This document shows, one piece after another, positions 14,230 to 28,285 of a DNA stretch of 64,000 nt (its first letter is position 1; every line of letters begins with the position of its first letter). This DNA comes from Azolla caroliniana (taxonomy: Eukaryota > Plantae > Polypodiophyta). The notes beneath the pieces were generated by a model that was given only the letters and a program-made list of their open reading frames with translations, ran no database searches and was not told the DNA's origin. A program made the position numbers and the translations under genes. The DNA is taken from NCBI GenBank assembly GCA_043228905.1, contig JBHGNT010000006.1:3720001-3784000 (forward strand). The letters are read 5' to 3'.

Positions 14230-17200
14230 CGCGAGTGAGGAAGAGGTAGACGCCTCTGTGTATTTCCGCCGCCTGTGGCGAGGACAGCGAGCTCAAGGTC
14301 GTCGCCTTGTAGCTCGCCATTGTATACTTCTCTGTATAGTGTTGGTTTGGAGTCTTGTACTCCCGTGGTTTTTCCCGTATAGGGTTTTCCACGTTAATCC
14401 CTGTGTACTCGCGTTTTTTTTTTTTTTTTCGTGTGGTTCCTATTTTCTGCTCCATTGATTCGCGATTACTCGGTTGTGGCTGAGCGGTGAAGGTGAATCG
14501 AAGCGTTGATTCCCAACAAGTGGTATCAGAGCGAACTACTGCAGAAAATGGAAGGCGGCGGCAGCGGGCAACCGGGGATGATGGTGCTGAATGCGCAGAA
14601 TTACGCCGACTGGAAGATCAAGATGGAGGATCTTCTGATTGTTCGGGACCTGTACGAACCGATTGACAGGTCGGAAATACCGAAGGGGGTACTTGAGTCG
14701 GAGTGGAAGCTCCTGAACCGGAAAGCCGTAGCGACGATCCGACAATATGTCGATGTAAGCGTCCTACAACATGTGGCGAACGACACCAACGCATATGAGA
14801 TGTGGAAGAAGCTGTCGGGCCTCTACGAGAGGAAGAATGCGTTGAACCGGACCTCCCTGATGAGGAAGATAGTGAATCTCAAGTACCGGGACGGCGAGAG
14901 TATGGTGGAACACGTAAGCACGTTCATGGGATTCGTGAATCAGCTTGCGGCGATCAAGTTCCCGTTGGAGGATGCAATGCAAGCCATCATCCTGATGTGT
15001 ACATTGCCGGAAAGCTGGGAGAACTTGGTGGTGACTCTCAGCACCTCCTGCACCGAAGATAACTTGTCCTTACAAACGGTAAAGACAAGTATTTTGAACG
15101 AAGAAGCGCGTCGGAGAGATAAAGAACCGGCCTCCGACTCGAAGGCGCTGCTTACCGAATCGGATCGGGGAAGACAATGGAACCGGAGTCCGCAAAGACG
15201 GGAGAAGTCGGGGACCCGGTCGCAGTCAAGAGCAAGGCCCACATGCTTCCACTGTGGGAAGCCGGGGCACTTCCGAAAGAATTGTCGGCATTACCGAAAA
15301 GACAACGGAGCCGACGACACCGATTCGAAGAAGTCACCGGAGAGAAACGGTGCATACCGGGGAGCCACGGACCGGAGAGGTTCGGATCGGCGAGGGCAGG
15401 ACCGGAAAGGAACAACGGCACTCGCGGCAAGTGAGGAAGAAATCATGCTCATCACCGAAGAAGGTGAACTAAACATTGCCGGCGATGAGACGACCTGGGT
15501 GGTCGATTCCGGAGCATCGTTCCACCTGACCCCGGAGAGAAGATACTTCTCATCCTACACAGCCGGTGAGCATGGCTGTGTTCGGATGGGGAATGAAGGT
15601 ACGTGCCGGATTGCCGGCATAGGAGACGTGTGGTTGACAACCCCGACCGGATGCAAAATGCTACTGAAGGATGTCCGACACGTTCCGGAGGTTCGATTGA
15701 ACCTGATTTCAGCCGGGAGGCTAGACGATGAAGGCTACACAGGTAGCATCCGGAACGGCGTAATGAAGTTCAGCAAGGGGAGCCTGATAGTGGCTCGGGC
15801 CCGGAAAGACAACACACTGTACCTGATGAATGCCCGGTTATGTCCGGAAGAGCTGAATGTGGCAGCCGACACTGCCGGTGAGCTGTGGCACAAAAGACTG
15901 TGCCACATGAGTGAGAAGGGGATGAAGAGGCTTGCAGAAGACAACCTTATTCCAGTGAAGCATGTGCACCTGGAGAAGTGCACCGATTGCCTGGCCGGTA
16001 AGCAGAACCGAACCTCCTTCCACTCAAGGCCACCGACGAGACGTAGCGCACCATTGGAGTTGGTGCACACTGATGTGTGTCAGGTAGAAACGAAGTCACA
16101 TGGCGGAGCCCAGTACTTCGTAACATTCATTGATGATCACAACCGGAAGCTGTGGACGGCACCGTTGAAGACAAAGGACCAAGTGTTGTGTGTCTTCAAG
16201 GAACTCCACGTGAGAGTGGAAAGGGAATCCGGCAAGAAGCTGAAAGCGATACGAGCGGATAACGGAGGGGAATACCGGGGACAGTTCCAGGAGTACTGTC
16301 GCTCGAAGGGAATCCGACTCGAGTTTACTGTGCCGAAGACGCCGGAACTGAACGGGCTGGCCGAGAGGATGAACCGGACCATAATGGAGAGGGTCCGGAG
16401 TATGCTGGCACATGCGAAATTACCCAAGGGGTTTTGGGCTGAGGCAATGTCGACGGCGACATACATGATAAACAGATCACCCTCAGTACCTTTGGACGGA
16501 GACACGCCGCAGAAAGTGTGGACCGGTAAGGAAGTGTCCTACCGGCATCTGAAGGTGTTCGGGTGTCTCGCATACGTGCATGTGGCAAAGGACCGGAGAG
16601 GAAAGCTAGATCCAAAGACCCGGCCATGCATACTCCTCGGTTACGGCGACGACGAGTTCGGCTACCGAGTATGGGACCCGGTCGACAAGAAGATATTCCG
16701 GAGTCGAGACATCATCTTCATGGAGGACAAGACACTCGCCGACTGGGAGTCGGAGAGGAAGATGAAGAGCTCCAAGTCGACCGGTGAGGATCAACTCTAC
16801 GAGGAGCAGTCCCGACCGGCAAGAGACCGGTTAGCACTCGAGGATCCGGCCGAAGACGGTGAAGAAACAGAACCGGCCGAAGAAGATGAAAATGATACCG
16901 GAACCGGCCCCGATCCCGAAATGGATTCGGATGAAGAAGAATCGGAAGAACCGATTACTGAAGCTCCGGAACGGAGATATCCTCTAAGAGAGAGAAGGGC
17001 CCCCCGGAGATTTCCGGAACCAGAGCACGTGCTGCTAACCGACGAGGGGGAGCCGGAGAGCTTTGAAGAAGCAAAACATGACACCCAGAGCCGCAGGTGG
17101 TTGAGTGCCATGCAGGACGAGATGGATTCCCTGCATGAGAACCACACATATGAACTTGTGGAGTTGCCGAAAGGAAAGCGGGCACTTCGAAACAAGTGGG

Positions 17201-19255
17201 TGTTCAAGCTGAAACCGGGAGATGCCGGAAACCCCCCGAGATACAAAGCCAGGATCGTGGTGAAGGGGTTTCAGCAGAAGAAGGGCGTCGACTTCGACGA
17301 GATATTTGCCCCGGTAGTGAAGATGACCTCCATCCGGATGGTGCTGAGCATAGCGGCAAGCATGGACCTCGAGGTAGAATAGATGGACGTGAAGACGGCA
17401 TTCCTTCACGGTGACCTCGATGAAGAGATCTACATGCAGCAACCGGAAGGATTCGAGAAGAAAGGGAAGGAGCACCTGGTATGCCGGTTGAAGAAGAGCC
17501 TTTACGGACTGAAGCAGGCTCCCCGGCAATGGTACCGGAAGTTCGACTCTTTCATGACCGACGAAGGGTACCTCAAAACGCAGTCCGACCACTGCGTGTT
17601 TGTGAAGAAGTTCGAAGGAGGAGACTTTCTAATACTCCTCCTGTACGTGGACGACATGTTGATCGTCGGACGGGACCAGGTCAAGATACGGATGCTGAAG
17701 AAGGCTCTTCACCGAACCTTCTCAATGAAGGACCTGGGTCCGGCGAGGCAAATACTAGGGATGCACATCATCCGGGACCGGAGCAAGAAGCAGTTGTGGC
17801 TGTCACAGGAGAAGTACGTGACGAAGGTGCTTCACCGGTTCAACATGTCGGAAGCAAGACCGGTCGGATCGACCCTCCCGGCAAACTGCAAGCTGTCCAG
17901 CAAGCAAAGTCCCAAGACAAAGGCTGAAAAGGAGGATATGATGAAAGTGCCGTATGCCTCAGCCGTCGGGAGCTTGATGTACGCCATGGTGTGTACGAGA
18001 CCGGACATAGGATATGCAGTCGGAGTGGTGAGCCGGTACATGAGCAATCCCGGCAAAGAACATTGGAACGCGGTCAAGTGGATACTCCGATACCTGAAGG
18101 GCACAGCGAATGTGTGCCTCCGATTCGGCTCCGGTAAACCCGAACTCGACGGCTTCACCGATTCGGATATGTCGGCTGATGCAGATACCAGCCGGTCCAC
18201 ATCAGGGTATGTGATGACGTATGCAGGGGGAGCTGTTTCATGGCAGTCGAGGCTGCAGAAGACGGTTGCGTTGTTGACCACGGAGGCGGAGTACATGGCG
18301 GCTGTTGAAGCCGGCAAGGAAATAATATGGATGAAGGACTTCATTAGAGAGCTCGGTATCCAACAGGAGGAGTACCGACTCTACTGCGACAGTCAGAGTG
18401 CAATCCACCTTGCAAAGAACGCGGCCTATCACTCCCGGACGAAGCACATCCAGCGAAGATATCACTGGATCCGGGAAAGGATAGAAGACAAGGAGTTCGT
18501 GCTGACGAAGATCCACACGGACGAGAACGGGTTGGATATGCTGACCAAGGTGCTCACACCCGACAAGCTGGAAGCATGCCGGAAGAGGATCGGATTGGAG
18601 AGACATCCCATGCCGAAGTGAAGGGGGAGTTTGTTGGGATTTCGGTCCCTTTCGGATGGGATGGTCGGATATCGGAGATGAATGTCGACAAGCCCGGTTT
18701 CGGTTTCGGATCCGGATGACGAAGACCCCGGTTTCGGTACCGGATGACGAATGTACCCGGAGAGCGATCCGGATGCAGGGACATATCCGTGAATATGTTC
18801 GCTATGGGCCCCTGTGGCTACAGTTGTAAATAGCCCAAAGTCATATAAGTATAAATATGATTTAGGGCAAACAGTTTTATTGTTGCTTCTCATTTTTCTG
18901 TTTTTCCACTCAAGAGGAGTGAAGTGTGAGCAGCCGTGAGAGAGAGAGAGAGAGAGAGAGATAGAGCGCGAGTGAGGAAGAGGTAGACGCCTCTGTGTAT
19001 TTCCGCCGCTTGTGGCGAGGACAACGAGCTCAAGGTCGTCGCCTTGTAGCTCGCCATTGTGTACTTCTCTGTATAGTGTTGGTTTGGAGTCTTGTACTCC
19101 CGTGGTTTTTCCCGTCTAGGGTTATCCACGTTAATCCCTGTGTACTCGCGTTTTTTTTTTTTTTTTCGTGTGGTTCCTATTTTCTGCTCCATTGATTCGC
19201 GATTACTCGGTTGTGGCTGAGCGGTGAAGGTGAATCGAAGCGTTGATTCCCAACA
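13893..19255 (+). mobile_element. Ty1/Copia LTR retrotransposon B, nested in the integrase region of Copia A
   Basis: LTRs at 13893-14518 (626 bp) and 18632-19255 (624 bp). TSD GGACG at 13888-13892 and 19256-19260. PBS at 14521-14532. PPT gaagggggag precedes 18632. Confidence 0.97.
14548..18621 (+). pseudogene. Copia B gag-pol polyprotein with one premature TAG at 17380-17382
   Basis: ORFs 14506-17382 and 17383-18621 are in frame. Copia A has CAG (Q) at the equivalent codon. Confidence 0.95.
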
Positions 19256-21733
19256 GGACGGCACCGCTGAAGACAAAGGACCAAGTGTTGTGTGTCTTCA
19301 AAGAACTCCACGCGAGAGTGGAAAGGGAATCCGGCAAGAAGCTGAAAGCGATACGAGCGGATAACGGAGGGGAATACCGGGGGCAGTTCAAGGAGTACTG
19401 TAGCTCGAAGGGAATCTGGCTCGAGTTTACTGTGCCGAAGACGCCGGAACTGAACGGGCTGGCCGAGAGGATGAACCGGACCATAATGGAGAGGGTCCGG
19501 AGTATGCTGGCGCATGCGAAATTACCCAAGGGGTTTTGGGCTGAGGCAATGTCGACGGCGACATACGTGATAAACAGATCACCCTGAGTACCTTTGGACG
19601 GAGACACGCCGCAGAGAGTGTGGACCGGCAGGGAAGTATCCTACCGGCATCTGAAGGTGTTCGGGTGTCTCGCATATGTGCATGTGGCTAAGGACCGGAG
19701 AGGAAAGCTAGATCCAAAGACCCGGCCATGCATATTCCTCGGTTACGGCGATGACGAGTTCGGCTACCGAGTATGGGACCCGGTCGACAAGAAGATATTC
19801 CGGAGTCGTGATATCATCTTCATGGAGAACAAGACACTCGCCGACTGGGAGTCGGAGAAGAAGATGAAGAGCTCCAAGTCGACCGGTGAGGATCAACTCT
19901 ACGAGGAGCAGTCCCGACCGGCAAGGGACCGGTTAGCACTCGAGGATCCGGCCGAAGACGGTGAAGAAACAGAACCGGCCGAGGAAGACGAAACTGATAC
20001 CGGAACCGGCCCCGATCCCGAAATGGATTCGGATGAAGAGGAAACGGAGGAGCCAGTTACCGAAGCTCCGGAACGGAGATATCCTCTAAGAGAGAGAAGG
20101 GCCCCCCGGAGATTTCCGGAACCAGAGCACGTGCTGCTAACCGACGAGGGGGAGCCGGAGAGCTTTGAAGAAGCAAAGCATGATACCCAGAGCCGCAGGT
20201 GGTTGAGTGCCATGCAGGACGAGATGGATTCCCTGCATGAGAACCACACATATGAACTTGTGGAGTTGCCGAAAGGAAAGCGGGCACTTCGAAACAAGTG
20301 GGTGTTCAAGCTGAAACCGGGAGATGCCGGAAACCCCCCGAGATACAAAGCCAGGATCGTGGTGAAGGGGTTTCAGCAGAAGAAGGGCGTCGACTTCGAC
20401 GAGATATTTGCCCCGGTAGTGAAGATGACCTCCATCTGGACGGTGCTGAGCATAGCGGCAAGCATGGACCTCGAGGTAGAACAGATGGACGTGAAGACGG
20501 CATTCCTTCACGGTGACCTCGAAGAAGAGATCTACATGCAGCAACCGGAAGGATTCAAGAAGAAAGGGAAGGAGCACCTGGTATGCCGGTTGAAGAAGAG
20601 CCTTTACGGACTGAAGCAGGCTCCCCGGCAATGGTACCGGAAGTTCGACTCTTTCATGACCGACGAAGGGTACCTCAAAACGCAGTCCGACCACTGCGTG
20701 TTTGTGAAGAAGTTCGAAGGAGGAGACTTTCTAATACTCCTCCTGTACGTGGACGACATGTTGATCGTCGGACGGGACCAGGTCAAGATACGGATGCTGA
20801 AGAAGGCTCTTCACCGAACCTTCTCAATGAAGGACTTGGGTCCGACGAGACAAATACTAGGGATGCACATCATCCGGGACCGGAGCAAGAAGCAGTTGTG
20901 GCTGTCACAGGAGAAGTACGTGACAAAGGTGCTTAAACGGTTCAACATGTCGGAAGCAAGACCGGTCGGATCGACCCTCCCGGCAAACTGCAAGCTGTCC
21001 AGCAAGCAAAGCCCCAAGACAAAGGCTGAGAAGGAGGACATGATGAAAGTGCCATATGCCTCTGCCGTCGGAAGCTTGATGTACGCAATGGTGTGTACAA
21101 GACCGGACATAGGATACGCAGTCGGAGTGGTGAGCCGGTACATGAGCAATCCCGGCAAAGAGCATTGGAACGCGGCCAAGTGGATACTCCGATACCCGAA
21201 GGGCACGGCAAACGTGTGCCTCCGATTCGGCTCCGGTAAGCCCGAACTCGACGGCTTTACCGATTCGGATATGTCGGCTGATGCAGATACCAGCCGGTCC
21301 ACATCAGGGTATGTGATGACGTATGCAGGGGGAGCTGTTTCATGGCAGTCGAGGCTGCAGAAGACGGTTGCGTTGTCAACCACGGAGGCGGAGTACATGG
21401 CGGCTGTTGAAGCCGGCAAGGAAATAATATGGATGAAGGACTTCATTAGAGAGCTCGGTATCCAGCTGGAGGAGTACCGACTCTACTGCGACAGTCAGAG
21501 TGCCATCCACCTTGCGAAGAACGCGGCCTATCACTCCCGGACGAAGCACATCCAACGAAGATATCACTGGATCCGGGAAAGGATAGAAGGCAAGGAGTTC
21601 GTGCTGACGAAGGTCCACACGGACGAGAACGGGTCGGATATGCTGACCAAGGTGCTCACACCCGACAAGCTGGAAGCATGCCGGAAGAGGATCGGATTGG
21701 AGAGACATCCCATGCCGAAGTGAAGGGGGACTT

Positions 21734-22334
21734 TGTTGGGATTACGGTCCCTTCGGATGGGATGGTCGGATATCGGAGATGAATGCCGACAAGCCCGGTT
21801 GCGGTTTCGGAACCGGATGATGAAGACCCCGGCTTCGGAGCCGGATGACGAATGTACCCGGAGAGAGATCCGGATGCGGGGACATATCTGTGAATATGTT
21901 TGCCAAGGGCCCTTGAGGCTACAATTGTAAATAGCCCCAAAGTCATATGTGTATAAATATGACTTAGGGCAAACAGTTTTAACGTTGCTACTCATTTTTC
22001 TGTTTTTCCACTCAAGAGGAGTGAAGAGAGAGCAGCCGTGAGAGAGATAGAGCGTGAGAGAGGAAGAGGTCGACGCCTCTGTGTATTTCCGCCGCCTGTG
22101 GCGAGGACAGCGAGCTCAAGGTCGTCGCCTTGCAGCTCGCCATTGTATATTTCTCTGTGCATAGTTTTGGTTCGGAGTCTTGTACTCCCGTGGTTTTTCC
22201 CGTACAGGGTTTTCCACGTTAAATCGTGTGTCCACTCTATTTTTCGCATTTCCCATTTTCTGCAACAACGATTCGTGTGTTTCCTTGGTTGTGGCCGAGA
22301 GGTGAAGTTTGGAAAGTGTCGATTATTTCCATCA
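21734..22334 (+). repeat. 3' LTR of Copia A
   Basis: Direct repeat of 11651-12251, preceded by the PPT and followed by the TSD. Confidence 0.95.
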
Positions 22335-22779
22335 CTTGAGTCATATGTAAAAGTGTAAGATAAATAAGTGAGATCTCGTATGTAGGCTAGGATAATCTTG
22401 GCACGGCCTACCTGAGAAAGGGATCGTGTTCATGTATATTTTAACTAATGGAGTATATTCTCTTTTGGAGAAAAAAAAAAACATACTAATAAGGGGCCAA
22501 AACTAACATTATGTGCATAGAACTAACTTCATTGTTTCAAATGATACACATGCACAAAGTACAACAAAATGTATTCAAAATGTGCGAATGTTAAAAGCAA
22601 AACTTTTACATTGATCGTGATTTGTAGTTCATATCATCTAACACATACATGTATTATAAACAACACACACAAGATGTTTATCCAATAATCTTTGGGCTTG
22701 TCCTAATCCACTTGAGGTATAAACCGACAACCACCACCTTATCCATAAACCACAGTCTTAGCAAAAAAATTGCACAATC

Positions 22780-25700
22780 TTTTTTTTTCCAAAGAAGAAT
22801 ATACTCCATTAATTAAAATGACATACAATACACAACTTTAGACATTACCTACTTCCATATGGGCTACATCACTGATTTATTTTACACTAAATAGCCCACA
22901 TGTTTGTTCTCCATGTTTGTCGCATCATTCATGCCCCTCTATCATCTAATGGGAGGGGGGAACAACCATCTCGGTACTACGTATTGCCATCGTATATCCA
23001 CTCCAATTTCTACAGCCATCGGTGTAGTACACCATCGTTTTCTGAAATTCAGCCTCATTAAATTTGAAGCATCATCTATTCCATCAATCCGCTCATATTG
23101 GGCCCTCAAAGTAGTTATTAATGTGTGCCATATTAGCTTAATAGATTCTGCTGGAGGCCGTTTGTTTGCTAAAAATACCCTAGTACATCTTGCGGTCCAA
23201 ATGTTCCATATGATAATGGGTGCTAGCAACATCCATAGATCTTCAATTTTCTACTTCTGGGCATTACTTCTAGGTGCACTGTTACCAACGATCAATCGAA
23301 TAGTTCCATTCTCCCCTCTGTACATAGTTGTACATGTGCTATCAAATTTCTCTATGTCATCATCAAGACAATTCCAACAAGCATGTCCCCAATTGAGGGT
23401 AAATGAGCTAGAGGCATGGCAAAGCAATCGTAATGCCCTTCTCCATACAACCGTAGCCTCATGACATTCCTAGAGACAATGGGAAATGCTTTCTAGTTGT
23501 CCACATGCACTACATCTAGGGTCTACATTGGGGCCTTTAGCCCATGCCCCTATTGGCAAGGCTCTATGCACAATAAGCCATAAACACATCATTATCTTAC
23601 GGTCACCGCTGTCATGCCATATCATTTTCCAGAATTTAGCTAATATCCTTTCACTAATGCCCTCTTGTATCCAAAATTTACGAGTTGCAATATCTTTGTG
23701 TTCTTGTTTTAGGATAATTTGCCTCTCGATTTTCGTGTTGTACCTGAAAAATTGCACCAACTTGGCACCATCACTTTGACCTTGAGTTTTCCAGAAATAC
23801 ATCGTGGGGTCCCATGATAGCTTATTTGAATGCCCTCCTATCGGCTAACACATTGTCGTTGGTTTGAGCTCACTCGGCTCGGGGTCAACTATCATATCCT
23901 TTTCCATTTTTTGCAAGCAACCTAATCGGCCTTTTAGTTTGATAGGCTGGTTGCTCACATATTACCATTCTATGCTCTTTTTTGTAGTAGCATGCCTCAT
24001 TAGATCCGGTTTTCATTCCCTTAATTCCAATTAGATAATTTTCAGCATCAATAAGTCCTGTCCATTCCATTTCAAAGGGACTTATGGCTGCATCTTCCAA
24101 GATTTGCCTGCTGCGTGCAAAGGCATATGTAATCCTCATTAGCATGCATTTACCCCTGTTTATCCTCCATATTCTAGCCTTTTGAGTGCCCACATCATTA
24201 CATAGAAATCTCTTCCAATCTGCCAATGTATTCCCTTGGGCATTGCTTAAATTGACCCATTTGAAGCCTGCCTTTTGTCCTATCAACAACACATCCACAT
24301 CTCTAATTAATGGGTTCCAAACAATAGGCATGTACATTCGAGCATATGCATCATTTCTCCACCTACAAACGATTCCCTTTCTTATTCCATTCCATGGCTT
24401 CATAATTCCAACAACACATATACTCTGTGTACATCCCCGATATTTGGGTCGCATTTCTGGCACAAACCCCCAAAAAGCGCTACTTGGCCAACTTCCACCA
24501 TGTCTTGGCAACCACATCTTCCATTTATGTCGCCAAAGAATTTTCCAAGGTGCCTCAGGCGGTTGCAAGCTCCTAACCACCAATTTGCCTAGCAAGGTCT
24601 TCATTTGCACCACAAGATCTATAAGTCCCACCCCACCTTCACTTTTATCTTTTATGAGTGTAGTCCATGCAACCTTTGCACAAGCATGTTTTTCCTCTGT
24701 GCCCCCCCCCCCCCCCCCCCCATAAGAAACCAAGCTTCCCCAAGCTTCCAACCATTAAAACCTAGCTGGAAGCATCCCTATAAAAGGCAGCCAATCCAAG
24801 GATCCATTGCTGCTCGAAGCCTAGGGCATCCATAACTGCTTCTAGGAATTTCCATGAGATCTTGTCATATGCTTTTTCAAAATCGAGTAACATTACTGCT
24901 AGGTCCACTCCTTGCTCCTCCGCCCATGCTGAATACTCCCAAAAAGTTATCACATTGTCAACAATGCTCCGGTTTTCGAGGAACCCAGTTTGCGTTGTAT
25001 GTATTATGTCCCCTAGGACCGTTTTCAATCAACTACTTACAACTTTAGCCATGATCTTATAGGCATTAGTGAGAATCGTCAAAGGTCGCCAATTATCAAG
25101 CATAGTTAGATCTTTCCCATCCTTGGGAATTAAATAAATCATTCCTCGACACATTGTCGGAGGCATTAAACCTTCAGCCATAATGTATTGCATCCCTTCC
25201 AACATGTCATCCTTAATTAGATCCCAATATTTGATGTAAAAATATATAGGGAGTCCATCAATGCCTGCACAACTTTGTTTGTTCATATCTGAAATTGCAT
25301 CCCACAATTCTTGTATACAAATAGGGGTATTTAGACGGTCCATCATTTGAGCCGAAACTCTCTTCGATATCCTGTTTATTATATTTCTAATGGCATCCTG
25401 CTCAATATGTTCCTCGTTGCATACATTCAGTAGTTGCATATAATAGCTCGTGGCCATTTCAAGCATTTCCTTCGTGCACGTGGTCATTATGCCATCTGTC
25501 TTTTTCAAACATGAAGGTTGGGTCCCGGAGCCTTTGCATTTTACAGCTTCAAAAAAACCTTTCGTAACACGGTCTCCTACCCTCATCCAATTTACTGCTT
25601 TACTACGATAGGCATTAGTAGTCCTTAGTTTCTAATACATATCCAATTTGCATTTTGCCTCCTCTATTTGGGCCTCAATTCATACATTATTCGGGTATTG

Positions 25701-27414
25701 TTCTCTTAGTCGTTGCATAGAAGCGAGTGTCCATTGCATTCTCTGTAGTTTCTCCTTCATCTCTTTTCTAATTTCAGTTGCTTTTTTCTGAAAGGAACAT
25801 GCACATTCCTCAATTTTCCCAGCCAGCCTATGAGCGGGATCATGATACATCCATTTGACATTAGACCATAGTCTTCTTATATCATTAGTCCATTTATTGT
25901 CCATGACCAACTCCTCGCTCACCTTCACATTATGTGGATTGCATCGAATGTTTTCTTTTATATCTAACAGGACTGGTGCATGGTCTGAGAACATCGTTCC
26001 AGGACAGATTATGCATTTGCCTTTCATATCTATGAGTTGAGGGTCCAAATACCATCTGTCCAACCTGGACATTGTCCTCCCATGAATGCTTCCTCCTACT
26101 CTAGAGTATAGAAGAGATTTTTCTTTTTGCATCTGAAAGTTAGATGCACTCCAAGAGTCTATCACATTATATGCTAAACAAAACTTATCCCATGCATCTT
26201 TTTCCACCCCTTGCACCGTGCCATTTTCATTTCCGCTTCTATCTTCTTGTTGCTCCACCATATTAAAATCTCCTCCAATGATCCACAGATCTGCATCCGG
26301 TTTCTTGTCCACTAATTGCAACCAGAATTCCTTTCTTTCAGTAGCAGAATTTGGAGCATATATGTTCAGTATGCCCAAGTGCCCATATATGTGTTTTATC
26401 CTTATATAGACAACCCGACCCTCTACTAAACATCCTCTGTCTGTGAATGTTGCATTATACTTAGCTTTCATTGCTATGAGTAGTCCCCCATGAATCTGTC
26501 TGTCCCCTGTAGCTGCCAACCATGTATTGGTCCAACTCCCAGGGCAGATGTTTCCAATTTTGTCGATCTTATCCCCATCTAGATGATGCTCTTGCACCAT
26601 GATCACATCAGGCACTATTGCCTCAGTACATCGCTGAATTTCAACAACTAATACATTCTTCTTCATGTGGAATTGGCTACCACCAATTCCTTGTATATTC
26701 CATGTTAGCAAGCTAAGATTCATTTCAGCATATACCATGCCTCTTTAGTGGCCCAACCAATGCATTTTCAGCTTCCACTAGGTTCGCTAAGATCATATCT
26801 TGGAGATTATCCTCTTCTAGTGTCACCATTTCAAGGTGGTATACCATGAATTCCGTGATCATTCGAGGCAGCTTCCTAAATTTCACATTTATATAGCATA
26901 TGCCTTGCCTGTTCGCCTTGCCCGAGCTCCATATCATGGCATCTTTCCATTGTCTTTTCATTTTCACACTTATTGCGGTACCATATGTTGAATCTACATG
27001 AGCACCTATTTGTTGTTCCAACCATCCGAGTGCTTCTTCTCCGTTGTGGGGCTCCTTATTTCCCGCGACCAGCATATAGGACAGTCCAACGATTTGATCT
27101 TTGTCCTCGCAATTGCTATAGATATTGATTCTACACATGTTGTCCTTCTTCATCTCAACCCCACACATTTCCTTGAACCACTTTTTGCATGTTAGTTTCA
27201 ATTTGATTTGTTGCCCAGTAGTCAATAGGGGGGTCACTTTGTATTGAGGATTCCATTTCACTCTTGACCATTTACGCATACCTTTATTTTTCTCCATCCC
27301 ATTCTCTTCCTCTTTTCTAGCACGCATGTGCCTTTTCATTTTTGCTATCTCCTTAATATGTTGGGTTGTCACTAGCAACTTATCTTGCTCTTTCAAGGGG
27401 CTTACATCCTTTTA
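22780..27414 (-). mobile_element. 5'-truncated L1-clade LINE (copy 2, diverged subfamily) with an internal RT deletion
   Basis: Minus-strand ORFs 26725-27396 (end of ORF1), 25680-26738 (APE), 25029-25586, 24762-25028, 23885-24751, 23470-23802 and 22942-23232 are homologous to copy 1. Poly(T) at 22780-22788 is next to the same 3'-end motif (aatatactccatta). Confidence 0.9.
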
Positions 27415-27768
27415 ATTATGTAGGAACACAAATAATATAACATACCTCTATTACAAGTGATATAGTGGACATTAAAATTTCCCCTTTGTATTCAATGTCG
27501 AGGATTCCAATGTACAAACATTTTAAATATCATAATGTACACACTTTTAGGGATGCTCCATCCTTTTAGTTTTTTTGCTGAAATAAACCAAAATACATTA
27601 AATATGCTACCATAAAGTATTTGAGACATATTTAGGAAAATACAAAAAGTTGAAAAGAAGGCAAGGAAAGAATTAATACAAGGTTGGTTGTGCTTTATTT
27701 GTTCAAAAATTGACTAAAGATTGAATGGAGTAGCAAAATGCACGATTAAGCCTTTACGTATTCTTCTT

Positions 27769-27934
27769 GTGATTTGTTGGTGAATATATGTTGTGATAGA
27801 TATCAATGATTTTCAAGGAGTGATTGCTTGTTTGATGTAGGATGTATGTGTTATGATTTGTTGGTGAATATATCTTGTGATAGATATCAATGATCTACAA
27901 GGCATGATTGCTTGTTTGATGTAGGATGTATGTG
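27769..27934. repeat. Tandem duplication, two copies of about 84 bp
   Basis: tgatttgttggtgaatatat...gatagatatcaatgat...tgattgcttgtttgatgtaggatgtatgtg occurs twice in tandem. Confidence 0.85.
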
Positions 27935-28285
27935 AGATGAGTAAATAATGATCCATGATTTGTTTGTCAAAGAAACCTATCAAGCAAAATTGGCAAAGTT
28001 TATAAGGTATTCAAAAAATATTTAATTGGGAAGATGTGCAACCTATGTTAAGGTATTGGGTCATATTTAGCCATTCAATTTAGTAATGAGCACATTCTCT
28101 CTCTACTGGCTCACTCTCTAGTTTGTGAAGTACGATGTCTTATTCAACAAAAATAATAATTAAATGTCAAGCTGAAATCCCCACAAACAAGGGTGAGTAT
28201 GTATGTGTGTATTATTTTCACATAGAGAGGTTCAAATATAAGAGCTTTGTCTCACAATATAGTCTGAATAACCTCATGTGAGCTA

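Larger units (their letters stand above)
12282..21723 (+). pseudogene. Copia A gag-pol polyprotein, split by Copia B (pieces 12282-13892 and 19261-21723), nonsense codon at 19585-19587
   Basis: Gag knuckle CFHCGKPGHFRKNC, protease VDSGAS, integrase WHKRLCH/VHTD/RADNGGEY, RT MDVKTAFLHG/YVDDML and RNase H DSD/TEAEY/CDSQSA, in the Copia order PR-IN-RT-RH. Confidence 0.95.
11651..22334 (+). mobile_element. Ty1/Copia LTR retrotransposon A (outer element)
   Basis: 601-bp TG...CA LTRs at 11651-12251 and 21734-22334. TSD CTTGA at 11646-11650 and 22335-22339. tRNA-iMet PBS tggtatcagagc at 12255-12266. PPT gaaggggga at 21722-21730. Confidence 0.97.
5200..22481 (+). mobile_element. Near full-length L1-clade LINE (copy 1), with its 3' UTR interrupted by a Copia insertion
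   Basis: ORF1 and ORF2 (APE, RT, zinc finger) are present. The 3' UTR runs 11582-11650, resumes at 22340 and ends in poly(A) at 22471-22481. The uninterrupted UTR (ggatggcttgagtcatatg) is seen in copy 3 near 33935-33953. The 5' end is approximate and no TSD was found. Confidence 0.9.

Noticed and set aside
17380-17382. Programmed stop-codon readthrough in Copia B
   Set aside because: Copia A has CAG at this codon, so it is an ordinary C-to-T nonsense mutation.
11531-22358. Many overlapping and antisense ORFs in the Copia region, including the LTR-derived ends of the 711-aa ORF
   Set aside because: They are by-products of GC-rich coding sequence and LTR read-through and show no independent motifs.
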